Assembly: GCA_040386155.1 (NCBI GenBank)
Contig: JAZKFZ010000003.1
Coordinates: forward strand, 550,815 to 614,814
Source: Bacteroidota bacterium
Lineage (GTDB): Bacteria > Bacteroidota > Bacteroidia > Flavobacteriales_D > Crocinitomicaceae
Direction of reading: 5' to 3'
DNA: 64,000 bases
Below the pieces are notes generated by a model. That model ran no database searches, was not told the DNA's origin, and saw nothing but the letters and a program-made list of their open reading frames with translations. Below are positions 8,853 to 18,269 of the stretch, one piece after another. The position numbers and the translations under genes are program-made. How positions within the stretch are numbered: position 1 is the stretch's first letter; each line of letters opens with the position of its first letter.

Positions 8853-11800
8853 ATGATACAAGATTTATTAAAGAAAATCTTCGGTGACAAATCCGCAAAA
8901 GACAGAAAAGACTATCAACCAATTATTGATAAAGCAAATATTTTCTTCAACCAATTTCAATCACTCAGTGATGATGAATTGCGTGCTAAAACAAAAGAAT
9001 TTCAAACAAGAGTTTTGGCCTATGTGCAAAACCTTGAGGACGAATTGATTGCACTTAAAAATAAAGCGCAAGACGTTGGCACACCTATTACTCAAAAGGA
9101 AGAATTGTTTGAGAAAATTGATGCGCTGACTAAAACAATCGATGATAAAACAGAAGAAGTTTTACTGGAAATTATGCCAGAAGCATTCGCTGTTGTGAAG
9201 GAAACTTCTCGTCGTTGGGCACAAAATGGTCACTTAACGGTAACAGCGCAAGATTTTGATCGCGATTTAGCGGCAAAAAAAGATGGTATTGAAATTAAGG
9301 GTGATACTGCTGTGTGGTTGAATCAATGGACTGCCGCAGGTGCTGATGTAGTTTGGAACATGGTGCATTACGATGTTCAGTTAATGGGTGGTGGCGTGCT
9401 TCACAAAGGAAATATTGCGGAGATGCAAACTGGTGAGGGTAAAACCTTGGTAGCAACGCTTCCCGTGTATTTAAATGCACTTTCTGGTAAAGGTGTTCAC
9501 GTAGTAACGGTGAATGACTATCTAGCGAAACGTGACTCTGAATGGATGGGACCTCTTTATCAATTCCACGGATTAAAAGTAGATTGTATAGATAAACACC
9601 GTCCAAATTCTGAAGAAAGAAGACAAGCTTACTTGGCAGATATTACTTTTGGAACCAACAATGAATTCGGTTTCGATTACTTGCGCGACAATATGGCAGG
9701 TTCTGTTGAAGATTTAGTACAACGCAAACATCACTACGCAATTGTCGATGAAGTCGATTCAGTTTTAATTGATGATGCGAGAACTCCATTGATTATTTCT
9801 GGGCCAACACCTCGAGGCGATGAGCACGAATTTCACCAATTAAAACCACGTGTTGAAACTATTGTAAATGCACAACGTCAGTACGTAAATCAATGTTTGA
9901 TTGATGCGAAACGTTTATTGGTTGTCATTAACAATGCCCCAGAAAATGGTGCAAATGCCAAAGAAATGTTGGAAGAAGGTGGAATTGCCTTATTGAGAGC
10001 ACACCGTGGATTGCCAAAAAACAAAGCACTCATCAAGTTTTTATCTGAACCTGGAATTAGAGCACACTTGCAAAAAATAGAAAATTTCTACATGCAAGAT
10101 CAAGGAAAGCAGATGAAGAAAATCGACAAGGAGCTTTTCTTTGTCATCGATGAAAAAAACAATACCATTGAATTAACGAACAAAGGAATCGACTTAGTTT
10201 CTGGTGCTGAAGACCGCGATTTCTTCGTAATGCCTGATATCGGTTCTGAAATTGCACGTTTGCAAAAGGAAAATCTTGAAAACGATGCTTTCCTTGCGAA
10301 AAAAGATCATTTGGTACGTGAGTACTCGATTAAATCAGAACGAATTCACTCGGTATCTCAATTATTGAAAGCCTATACCCTCTTCGAAAAAGAAGTGGAA
10401 TATGTGATCATGGACAATAAAGTAAAAATTGTTGATGAGCAAACAGGTCGTATCATGGAAGGTCGTCGTTACTCCGACGGTTTGCACCAGGCGATTGAAG
10501 CGAAAGAGAATGTTACCGTAGAAGCTGCAACGCAGACCTACGCCACCATTACTTTACAAAACTACTTCAGAATGTACCACAAACTTTCGGGAATGACTGG
10601 TACAGCGGAGACAGAAGCAAAAGAATTCTGGGATATCTACAAATTAGAAGTAATTGCAATTCCAACGAACAGAAACATTGTTCGTAAAGACCAGCAAGAT
10701 TTAGTATTTAAAACTGCGCGTGAAAAATACAACGCTGTCATTATTGAAATCGATAAATTGGTAAAAGAAGGTCGACCAGTGTTGGTTGGTACCACAACCG
10801 TTGAGATCTCTGAATTATTGGGTCGAATGTTGAAAATGAGAAACATTCCTCACCAAGTCTTAAATGCAAAATACCACCAAAAAGAGGCGGAAATTGTTGC
10901 TGATGCTGGTAAAGCTGGTGCCGTAACAATCGCAACGAATATGGCTGGTCGTGGAACGGATATTAAATTGGGTGAAGGCGTGAAAGAAGCTGGAGGTTTA
11001 GCAATTATCGGTACTGAGCGTCATGATTCTCGTCGTGTTGACCGTCAATTACGTGGTCGTTCTGGTCGACAAGGAGATCCAGGATCTTCGATCTTTTTTG
11101 TTTCTTTGGAAGATGATTTGATGCGTAAGTTTGGTTCTGAGCGTATTGCTCGACTAATGGACCGTATGGGATTGAAAGAAGGCGATGTGATTACCCACGG
11201 AATGGTATCGAAATCAATTGAGCGTGCCCAGAAGAAAGTGGAAGAAAACAATTTCGGGATGCGTAAGCGTTTGTTGGAATACGATGACGTAATGAATGCA
11301 CAACGTAAGGCGATCTACAAAAAGAGAAAGAATGCATTGTTTGGTGATCGTTTAGATTTAGACATCGACAACATGTTCTACGATTTATGTGAAACAACCG
11401 TTTTCTCTCATACGAAAAACGATTTCGAAGCATTTGAATTGGATATCTTGCGTATGTTGGGTGTGAATTCTCCAGTAGATGCGAACGAATATAAATCAAT
11501 TGATCAAAGTGCTTTAGTTGAAAAACTATATCAATCGATGATTGAGCAATATGCGCGTAAAAACAACAAAATCATTGAGTTATCTTTACCTCAAGTAAAA
11601 CATGTTCACGAAAATTTGAGTCACCAATTCCAAAATATGGTGTTCCCATTGTCGGACGGAAAGCGAATGATGCAACACGTAGTGAGCTTGGAAGAAGCAT
11701 CTGCTACGGAAGGAAAATCCATCATTAAATCCTTGGAAAAAAATGTGATTTTAGGAATGATTGACAATGAGTGGAAAGAGCATTTGCGCGAAATGGACGA

Positions 11801-12203
11801 TTTACGTTCAGCAGTGCACAATGCGCAATACGAGCAAAAAGATCCATTGTTAATTTACAAATTGGAATCGTTTGAATTGTTTAAGGCCATGTTAATTCGT
11901 TTGAATACGGAAGCTTCAGAGTTGTTAATGAAAATGGACATTGCTACAGAAGAGCAAATCCAAACCACCAACAAAGAAGTTACGCAGCAAGACAACTACC
12001 AAAAGGCACAAACCAACGAAAGCAGCAATGAAAGCAGAACGCCTAGTCCGAAGTTCCAAGGAAGCCAAGGCTATGACGAAGCAATGCGCAACTCTGCACC
12101 ACAAGAGAAAAAACAACCCGTTGTTGTAGATCCAAAAATTGGCCGCAACGATGCTTGTCCTTGCGGTAGCGGTAAAAAATACAAACAATGTCACGGGAAG
12201 TAA
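8853..12203 (+). CDS. secA: Preprotein translocase ATPase SecA
   Basis: 1116 aa with DEAD-like motor motifs (MQTGEGKTLVATLP, DEVDSVLIDDARTPLIISG, TNMAGRGTDIKLG) and the C-terminal zinc motif CPCGSGKKYKQCHGK. Confidence 0.97.
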   Translation: MIQDLLKKIFGDKSAKDRKDYQPIIDKANIFFNQFQSLSDDELRAKTKEFQTRVLAYVQNLEDELIALKNKAQDVGTPITQKEELFEKIDALTKTIDDKTEEVLLEIMPEAFAVVKETSRRWAQNGHLTVTAQDFDRDLAAKKDGIEIKGDTAVWLNQWTAAGADVVWNMVHYDVQLMGGGVLHKGNIAEMQTGEGKTLVATLPVYLNALSGKGVHVVTVNDYLAKRDSEWMGPLYQFHGLKVDCIDKHRPNSEERRQAYLADITFGTNNEFGFDYLRDNMAGSVEDLVQRKHHYAIVDEVDSVLIDDARTPLIISGPTPRGDEHEFHQLKPRVETIVNAQRQYVNQCLIDAKRLLVVINNAPENGANAKEMLEEGGIALLRAHRGLPKNKALIKFLSEPGIRAHLQKIENFYMQDQGKQMKKIDKELFFVIDEKNNTIELTNKGIDLVSGAEDRDFFVMPDIGSEIARLQKENLENDAFLAKKDHLVREYSIKSERIHSVSQLLKAYTLFEKEVEYVIMDNKVKIVDEQTGRIMEGRRYSDGLHQAIEAKENVTVEAATQTYATITLQNYFRMYHKLSGMTGTAETEAKEFWDIYKLEVIAIPTNRNIVRKDQQDLVFKTAREKYNAVIIEIDKLVKEGRPVLVGTTTVEISELLGRMLKMRNIPHQVLNAKYHQKEAEIVADAGKAGAVTIATNMAGRGTDIKLGEGVKEAGGLAIIGTERHDSRRVDRQLRGRSGRQGDPGSSIFFVSLEDDLMRKFGSERIARLMDRMGLKEGDVITHGMVSKSIERAQKKVEENNFGMRKRLLEYDDVMNAQRKAIYKKRKNALFGDRLDLDIDNMFYDLCETTVFSHTKNDFEAFELDILRMLGVNSPVDANEYKSIDQSALVEKLYQSMIEQYARKNNKIIELSLPQVKHVHENLSHQFQNMVFPLSDGKRMMQHVVSLEEASATEGKSIIKSLEKNVILGMIDNEWKEHLREMDDLRSAVHNAQYEQKDPLLIYKLESFELFKAMLIRLNTEASELLMKMDIATEEQIQTTNKEVTQQDNYQKAQTNESSNESRTPSPKFQGSQGYDEAMRNSAPQEKKQPVVVDPKIGRNDACPCGSGKKYKQCHGK

Positions 12204-12227
12204 GTTTCTGTCAAATGATAAATGGAA

Positions 12228-12256
12228 AGCCAGCTTGAGAGAGTTGGCTTTTTTTA
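12228..12256 (+). terminator. Rho-independent terminator of secA
   Basis: Stem AGCCAGC / GTTGGCT with loop ttgagaga, followed by a T run (tttttttattt). Confidence 0.75.
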
Positions 12257-12406
12257 TTTAAGCACATACTTCGACCTCGCTCAGCATAAAAAGACGCAAA
12301 GAAAAGGAGATGAGCTGAGTGTTTTAAGGCACAAAGCAGGCACTTTTTTTGGACGTGCCGTCAAAGTTTGTAATCAATTTGATTCTAAATCCGTATCTTC
12401 ATCTTT

Positions 12407-12928
12407 ATGGAAGATCTCATTGACAATATTGAAAAAAAGAAAAGCATTTTTGCCAAAGATATCTTTCAAGAACTTGGTTTCGAAGCTGGACAGCAAGTTG
12501 TCTATCGAGTTCCTTGGAGTCCAAAAGAACATACACAAACCACCTATTCCAAAACAGACCATCATCAAAACAAATGGCAGATTACAACTAAGGAGGTCTT
12601 TCAAGGAAATAACAAGCGAATTTTCCTTGAATTGTTTGGTGAAATTGCGGGTAGAAATGAGTTCAAACAGTTCACATTTACATCGAAAGAAAAATCAATG
12701 TTCAGTATTTTTTTTCGTCGAAATGAAAAACAAAAATTTAAGACTTCAGGATTAGATGAAAACCGAATCGAACAATTAGGAGATGAGTTTGAACCTCTTG
12801 TGGAAGATTATTTTTCAATAGAAACCAAAAAAAATAAAGTTCATGTTCACTATTTATTAGAAAATTTAGATTTCGAAAATTTGCGCTTGCTCCTAAATTT
12901 GACAAGTAAACTGATAGAAATAGATTAA
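12407..12928 (+). CDS. Hypothetical protein (173 aa), no signal peptide
   Basis: Long ORF with a protein-like composition. The overlapping track ORF 12222..12755 in another frame looks spurious. I recognised no family. Confidence 0.55.
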   Translation: MEDLIDNIEKKKSIFAKDIFQELGFEAGQQVVYRVPWSPKEHTQTTYSKTDHHQNKWQITTKEVFQGNNKRIFLELFGEIAGRNEFKQFTFTSKEKSMFSIFFRRNEKQKFKTSGLDENRIEQLGDEFEPLVEDYFSIETKKNKVHVHYLLENLDFENLRLLLNLTSKLIEID

Positions 12929-13140
12929 TTACAACATATCAACTATTCTAAAATGCAAACTACACAGCTATTTACTACAAAAAGAAATTGGTAGGTTTGA
13001 AGTAGAAAAATAGCACGAAACAGTAGTATCGCTTAGCCAACAGAAAAATGTATGCAAAGCGATATTTTTAGTATAATTGTATCGCATATAAATAAGTTAT
13101 GGTCAATTGCAGAACACATTGAAAACTATCAAAGTATATT

Positions 13141-13899
13141 ATGAATAAATATTTTCTTATAATATGTGGAATTACACTTTTTGGAGTTTACAGTTGTAGT
13201 GAACAAGAGAAAAACCAAAAATCTATCTCTGATACAAACAATTCAAATACTCCAATTGATATTTCTGAAAATCCAAATGCAATAAATGAACAAAAAAAAT
13301 CTCCGTCTGATTTTATTCCTGAAGGCTATGTGATATTTGATAAAGTTTTGGGAGACTTGAACAAAGACGGAATGGAAGATTGCGTACTTATCATTAAAGG
13401 AACAGATAAAACCAAAATAATCAAAGATGAATATCGCGGTGAACTAGATCGTAATCGTCGCGGATTAATAATTCTCTTCAACAACAAAAATGGTTATGAA
13501 TTGGCAGTCAAAAATTATACTTGTTTCTCTTCCGAAAACGAAGATGGAGGTGTTTATTATCCGCCAGATTTAGATATTCAAATAGAAAAGGGTAATTTGT
13601 TCATACTTTATTCTCACGGAAGATATGGTTATTGGAGGTATAACTTTAGATACCAAAATTCAGATTTAATATTAATTGGGTACGATGGAAGTTCTAATAG
13701 CGGTCCAATCGTTAACAGAGAAACGAGTATCAACTTCATAACTAAAAAGAAAATATTGAAAGAAAATATAAATGAAGATCCTGATCAAATAACTGGGGAT
13801 GAAATTTTTAAAGAAACTAAGAAAAATGTGAGTATAACGAACCAATTTAAATTGTCACAAATTAAAGATTTTGATGAACTTGATTTTTCAGAACTATAA
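13141..13899 (+). CDS. Hypothetical lipoprotein with an FG-GAP/VCBS-like DLNKDGMED calcium-loop motif
   Basis: Lipobox-like N-terminus MNKYFLIICGITLFGVYSC. 252 aa and very AT-rich. Confidence 0.7.
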   Translation: MNKYFLIICGITLFGVYSCSEQEKNQKSISDTNNSNTPIDISENPNAINEQKKSPSDFIPEGYVIFDKVLGDLNKDGMEDCVLIIKGTDKTKIIKDEYRGELDRNRRGLIILFNNKNGYELAVKNYTCFSSENEDGGVYYPPDLDIQIEKGNLFILYSHGRYGYWRYNFRYQNSDLILIGYDGSSNSGPIVNRETSINFITKKKILKENINEDPDQITGDEIFKETKKNVSITNQFKLSQIKDFDELDFSEL

Positions 13900-13923
13900 A
13901 AGAAATAAATTAAATAACAGACC

Positions 13924-14052
13924 ATAACAGCTGTCTAGCGCCAACCCTCCAATCTCGCTTCGAAAAACGATTTTTGTAAAGAGAAATAATCTATCTTCGA
14001 GTTTGAGTTTACTTTAAAGAGTCGGGCCGAGCGCCAGGCAGCGAAACGTTAG
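13924..14052. repeat. 129-bp imperfect palindromic element (attC-like or MITE-like) 25 nt downstream of the 13141..13899 stop
   Basis: Left arm ATAACAGCTGTCTAGCGCCAACCC. The reverse complement of the right arm is CTAACGTTTCGCTGCCTGGCGCTCGGCCC. The outer ends are TAAC...GTTA. Both arms are GC-rich islands in an AT-rich spacer. Confidence 0.6.
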
Positions 14053-14241
14053 TGGTAATAAGTAGAACTTACAAATAACACAATTTAAGATGATTACAAT
14101 AACTTTTATTGTAGTTTATTATGGCTATCCATAGTTTTTGCAATTTCTGTTGTCATTTTTCTATGGAAAAGGAAAAAACGAACACAGAAACAAGCTCAAA
14201 ACACGTATATTTATCCAAAAAAAACAGTTGGTTTGGAAGAA

Positions 14242-14267
14242 TCCCGATAGCCATCGGGAGGGTTTTT
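14242..14267 (+). terminator. Orphan rho-independent terminator-like hairpin in a 420-bp spacer
   Basis: TCCCGAT agcc ATCGGGA followed by gggttttt. There is no ORF of 60 aa or more between 13900 and this site. Confidence 0.5.
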
Positions 14268-14319
14268 AGACGAATTGGCGTTAGTACCAAGAAAATTTAA
14301 ACCATATAATTTAATTCAC

Positions 14320-14970
14320 ATGAAGTCCTTTATTCTTACACTTATGTTTTTTAATAGTGTACTAACTTATGCCCAAAATTTTTCCGGGAATAGAAAAATA
14401 CGTCTAGTAATTCCTCAATATAGAACTGACTTTATTAATGAGAGCAATAATTTGGTGTACACCTTCGATTCTTATGAAGATTTTGTCACAAATAATGGAA
14501 CAAATAGAGGCCGTTTTGAAACATTTAGTTCCAATTTGACTATGGGTGATCCTAAATTAAAAAACCTTTGGACCATAAAAGATGACCTAAAAGTTAAAAT
14601 TTTGCCTAATGACTATTTCGGGTTTAAAATAAATGGTATGTGGTTTATAAATAAAACATTTCATAGCGGAAAAAAGATGATAATGATATGTTTGAAAGAA
14701 AAAGGTAAAATTTTTTATGGAAATGGTTTCCACTATTTAAGCACAATAGAGAATAATTCAAGTACATTTTCTTATGAACTTGATAAATTCTATTATTCAG
14801 ATTCAATTAATTCAATCGCAATCCCATTAAAAAAAATTACAAAGAGAGAAAAAAATAATGAGTTTTATAAATCATTCATTTCTTCTCTAACGTCTATATT
14901 CAAAAAAAAAGGTGATAGAAACGATTTAAAAAGATTTACACTATTATCTGAGGCAATTATTAATTTTTAG
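14320..14970 (+). CDS. Hypothetical secreted protein (216 aa)
   Basis: The ATG at 14320 gives the signal peptide MKSFILTLMFFNSVLTYAQN. The track start 14275 is a TTG that overlaps terminator-proximal sequence. I recognised no family. Confidence 0.65.
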   Translation: MKSFILTLMFFNSVLTYAQNFSGNRKIRLVIPQYRTDFINESNNLVYTFDSYEDFVTNNGTNRGRFETFSSNLTMGDPKLKNLWTIKDDLKVKILPNDYFGFKINGMWFINKTFHSGKKMIMICLKEKGKIFYGNGFHYLSTIENNSSTFSYELDKFYYSDSINSIAIPLKKITKREKNNEFYKSFISSLTSIFKKKGDRNDLKRFTLLSEAIINF

Positions 14971-15144
14971 CTAATAGTTTTGCTAAAAATAAAAACTAGA
15001 TTGTTTGTTCACAGTTGAAGATTTTCTACATCTAACCCACACTAAGTAAAATGCTGCACAATTGGACTCGAGAGAAAGCGCTACATTGCCTAGTGCCAGC
15101 CGTAAGCACTCACGAAGCAACATAAAGAAATAGCAAAGACAAAC

Positions 15145-15657
15145 ATGGAAAATTCAACAACAATAACAGACGCACTTTGGACTCAATTTGGAGCAAGTCT
15201 TGACATGCTTGAAAATGCAATTATTATGTGTCCCGACGAACATAGGTATACAGCAACAGATTTTTGGTATCTCTCTTTTCATTGCATCTTTTGGACGGAC
15301 TATTATCTTTCCACAGCACCCAATGATTTTGAACCACCGCAGCCTTTTGACTTTTCAGAATTTGACCCATCCGGTAAAAAGCCCAACAGAACCTACACAA
15401 AGGCAGAAATTCTTGCTTATGTAGAACATTGTCGACAAAAAGCAAATCGACTAATAAGAGAATTTACACCAGAAAAAATGAACGACCGTTGGATCAATGA
15501 ATATAAAAATTATTCAATGCTTGAAATTCTGTTGTATAACATGAGACATGTTCAACATCATGCTGCACAGCTCAACATACTACTTAGACAAACGATAGAC
15601 AAGGCACCGAATTGGGTTGGTCAAGCAAGGAAAATCATCGAAAATAAAGAAGGATAG
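15145..15657 (+). CDS. DinB-family (four-helix-bundle, metal-binding) protein
   Basis: 170 aa. The His-containing helices (..CIFWTDYYL.., NMRHVQHHAAQLNILLR) are typical of the DinB/YfiT-like superfamily. Confidence 0.75.
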   Translation: MENSTTITDALWTQFGASLDMLENAIIMCPDEHRYTATDFWYLSFHCIFWTDYYLSTAPNDFEPPQPFDFSEFDPSGKKPNRTYTKAEILAYVEHCRQKANRLIREFTPEKMNDRWINEYKNYSMLEILLYNMRHVQHHAAQLNILLRQTIDKAPNWVGQARKIIENKEG

Positions 15658-15724
15658 GCCAAATAGAGCGCTAAAAATAGTGGTTCAGGGCTATATCCAT
15701 CGGCAATTCTTCGATTGAACTTTT

Positions 15725-16867
15725 ATGCAAAACCTACCAATTGACAAACTGATCCAAATGATAAAAATTAAATCAATTTCAACACAGTTGACAAGCATCT
15801 CTTTTCTGCTCATTTGTTTGATCTCCTGCAACAGTGCTATTAAACCACAGCAATCAACTCACAAATTGAATCATCAAGTTATTTCAAAGCAAATTGACAA
15901 GATTGATTCAACTACTAACATTGCCATTGATAAGAACATACGAAGTATTTTTCAAGACAAAAAAGGCAATTATTGGTTTGGGACAAATGCTGCCGGTGTG
16001 TATTGCTACAATGGAAAAACAGTCAAGCATTATACCATGAAGGACGGACTTGCAGAAAATCAAGTGATAAACATCCAAGAAGATGATTTTGGGAATATTT
16101 GGTTTGGATCTGGTGCATTCGGAATAAGTAAATTTGACGGCACAAAATTCACTACTCATACGAAAAATGTCAAGTTAGCGAAGGGAACGGAAACCGACTG
16201 GAAATCAAAAAATAACGAGCTATGGTTCAACGCTGGCGCTGGTGCTTTCAGATACAGCAATTCTTCCCTCGACTATTTACCATTTGAAACAACAAGTTCA
16301 AACGCAAAAACGATAGCCCCTTTTTCGCTGAGTCGCTATGGCGTTTACACCATTCTTAAAGACAAAAAAGGAAATGTTTGGTTTGGAACACAAGCAGAAG
16401 GAGTATGTAAATATGATGGCAAAGCACTAACTTGGTTGAAAGAAAAAGGACTCTCTGGTCCTGCCGTTCTTGCCCTATTTGAAGACAGTAAGAGCATTCT
16501 ATGGTTTGGAAATAATGGTGCTGGATTATTTCGATATGACGGAAAGACTTTGACAAATTTCACAGAAGAAAAAGGACTTAGTAATGCTGACTTTAGCGCC
16601 TCTGGGAAACCAGGATTAGGCACTTTGGCGCGTGTTTATTCGATCAACGAAGACAATGCTGGAAATATCTGGGTTGGAACTGTTGATGCTGGAATTTGGA
16701 AATATGACGGAAATTCACTCATTAATTACACCACCAAAGACGGACTTACCAGCAACGCGGTAAATACAATTTATAAAGACAAAAATGGGACATTATGGTT
16801 TGGAACAGACAGTAATGGCGTATGCAAATTTAACGGGACCAAATTCACCGAATTTAAAATCAAATGA
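15725..16867 (+). CDS. Standalone two-component-regulator-propeller (Reg_prop) repeat lipoprotein
   Basis: Repeated G(N)xWFGTxxxGVxxYDG motifs (GNYWFGTNAAGVYCYNG, GNVWFGTQAEGVCKYDG, GNIWVGTVDAGIWKYDG, GTLWFGTDSNGVCKFNG). The likely true start is 15758 (MIKIK..LICLISC lipobox). There is no kinase or HTH domain. Confidence 0.8.
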   Translation: MQNLPIDKLIQMIKIKSISTQLTSISFLLICLISCNSAIKPQQSTHKLNHQVISKQIDKIDSTTNIAIDKNIRSIFQDKKGNYWFGTNAAGVYCYNGKTVKHYTMKDGLAENQVINIQEDDFGNIWFGSGAFGISKFDGTKFTTHTKNVKLAKGTETDWKSKNNELWFNAGAGAFRYSNSSLDYLPFETTSSNAKTIAPFSLSRYGVYTILKDKKGNVWFGTQAEGVCKYDGKALTWLKEKGLSGPAVLALFEDSKSILWFGNNGAGLFRYDGKTLTNFTEEKGLSNADFSASGKPGLGTLARVYSINEDNAGNIWVGTVDAGIWKYDGNSLINYTTKDGLTSNAVNTIYKDKNGTLWFGTDSNGVCKFNGTKFTEFKIK

Positions 16868-17051
16868 ATTGCCGGTAAAACTAGCTACTCTACAGCCGTT
16901 TATTTGTATCACCCAAAAAGAGTATGAGATCCCTGCAAGATTAAACTCACATTAATAAGAATTTGATACTTTTACCGTCAACGGCACTGTTCTAGCATTG
17001 CAAGCCAACTAGGATTTGTGTGATAGGAATACGAACTAAAACAAACTACTA

Positions 17052-18194
17052 ATGAGAAAGCTATTTTTCTTGACAATTTTTAGCCTGTTACTTTTTGAAT
17101 GTAGCAACGTGTATTTCATCATGCCTTTTCCTGGCAGTCAAGAAATAAACAGTGTTTCTGTGGCCTATTTCTTATACTCTTGGCGCTGGGTATTTAGATC
17201 TGTTTTAGTAATTGTGCTTTTTTACAGCATCGTAAAAACAAAATGGAAACGCAAATGGACTCTCTCTATTCCAATTCTATTTTTAGCTGTCATTTGTTAT
17301 CAATTAAATTTCAAAATGGCTGCAGATGCCCTATTCAAGCAAGTTGAAAAGATCAGTTTTGCAGATGCAGCGAGTAATAAAGTTGACTTGAATCGACTTG
17401 TTATTGGCGTGGTAAAGGACGGAGTTGCAAAAGCCTACCCCATCAATTTTTTAGGATACCACCACATCGTCCACGACACCATAAATAAGCAAGCAATACT
17501 AGTCACCTATTGCACAGTTTGTCGAACAGGTAGAGTTTTTGATGCACGCTTGAATGGTAAAGTTGAACAGTTTAGACTCGTTGGAATGGATCATTACAAC
17601 GCTCTAATAGAAGACAAAACGACTAAAAGTTGGTGGCAACAAAGCACAGGAAAAGCAATTACAGGGAAATTAAAAGGCGCTCAATTGAAGGAAGTTTACG
17701 CATCTCAAACTACCCTGAAAAAATGGTTACAATTGTATCCAAGGTCCTTAATTATGCAAGCGGATGAGAAAAATTATGACAACTACTCCCCTACGTTCAA
17801 ATACGAAAACGGCACAAGCACAGGAGCTCTAACCGGCACTGATAAGCAAAGCTGGAAAAACAAAAGCTGGGTAATTGGGGTGAAAATAGGCCATGATAGC
17901 AAAGTTTTCGATTGGAATGAATTGCTTAAAAAGGAACTCATTAATAGCAAAGTAGGATCTACTCCTATTTTCATTGCGCTTTCAAAGGACATGAAAAGTT
18001 TTTTTGCATTTGAAAATCTCCACAGCTCTACTCCTATCTTAAAAAACGATACGATTTATCTAAACAACAATCGCTATACACTAAATGGACAAGGGATCGA
18101 CACCAAAACCAATTTAAAATCAGTCTATGCTTATCAAGAGTTTTGGCATAGTTGGAACTATTTTCAAAATAACAAACAGTCTGTACGTAAGTAG
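17052..18194 (+). CDS. DUF3179-family membrane protein
   Basis: N-terminal TM helices followed by the ..VTYCTVCRTGRVF.. motif characteristic of DUF3179. This is family recall, not a search. Confidence 0.7.
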   Translation: MRKLFFLTIFSLLLFECSNVYFIMPFPGSQEINSVSVAYFLYSWRWVFRSVLVIVLFYSIVKTKWKRKWTLSIPILFLAVICYQLNFKMAADALFKQVEKISFADAASNKVDLNRLVIGVVKDGVAKAYPINFLGYHHIVHDTINKQAILVTYCTVCRTGRVFDARLNGKVEQFRLVGMDHYNALIEDKTTKSWWQQSTGKAITGKLKGAQLKEVYASQTTLKKWLQLYPRSLIMQADEKNYDNYSPTFKYENGTSTGALTGTDKQSWKNKSWVIGVKIGHDSKVFDWNELLKKELINSKVGSTPIFIALSKDMKSFFAFENLHSSTPILKNDTIYLNNNRYTLNGQGIDTKTNLKSVYAYQEFWHSWNYFQNNKQSVRK

Positions 18195-18269
18195 TTTTGA
18201 GTAAACAAAGCACAGCAACACAATCGATATTAGTCTATCTTTGAGTGAGAAAATTTAAACCGACACAAT

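Noticed and set aside
12222-12755. 177-aa plus-strand ORF starting inside the secA terminator
   Set aside because: It begins within the terminator hairpin and runs through repeat-motif sequence. It overlaps 12407..12928 in another frame and has a junk-like composition.
14121-14300. 59-aa ORF MAIHSFCNFCCHFS.. in the long spacer
   Set aside because: It contains the intrinsic-terminator hairpin inside its coding sequence. It has no signal or family resemblance and is below a credible length.
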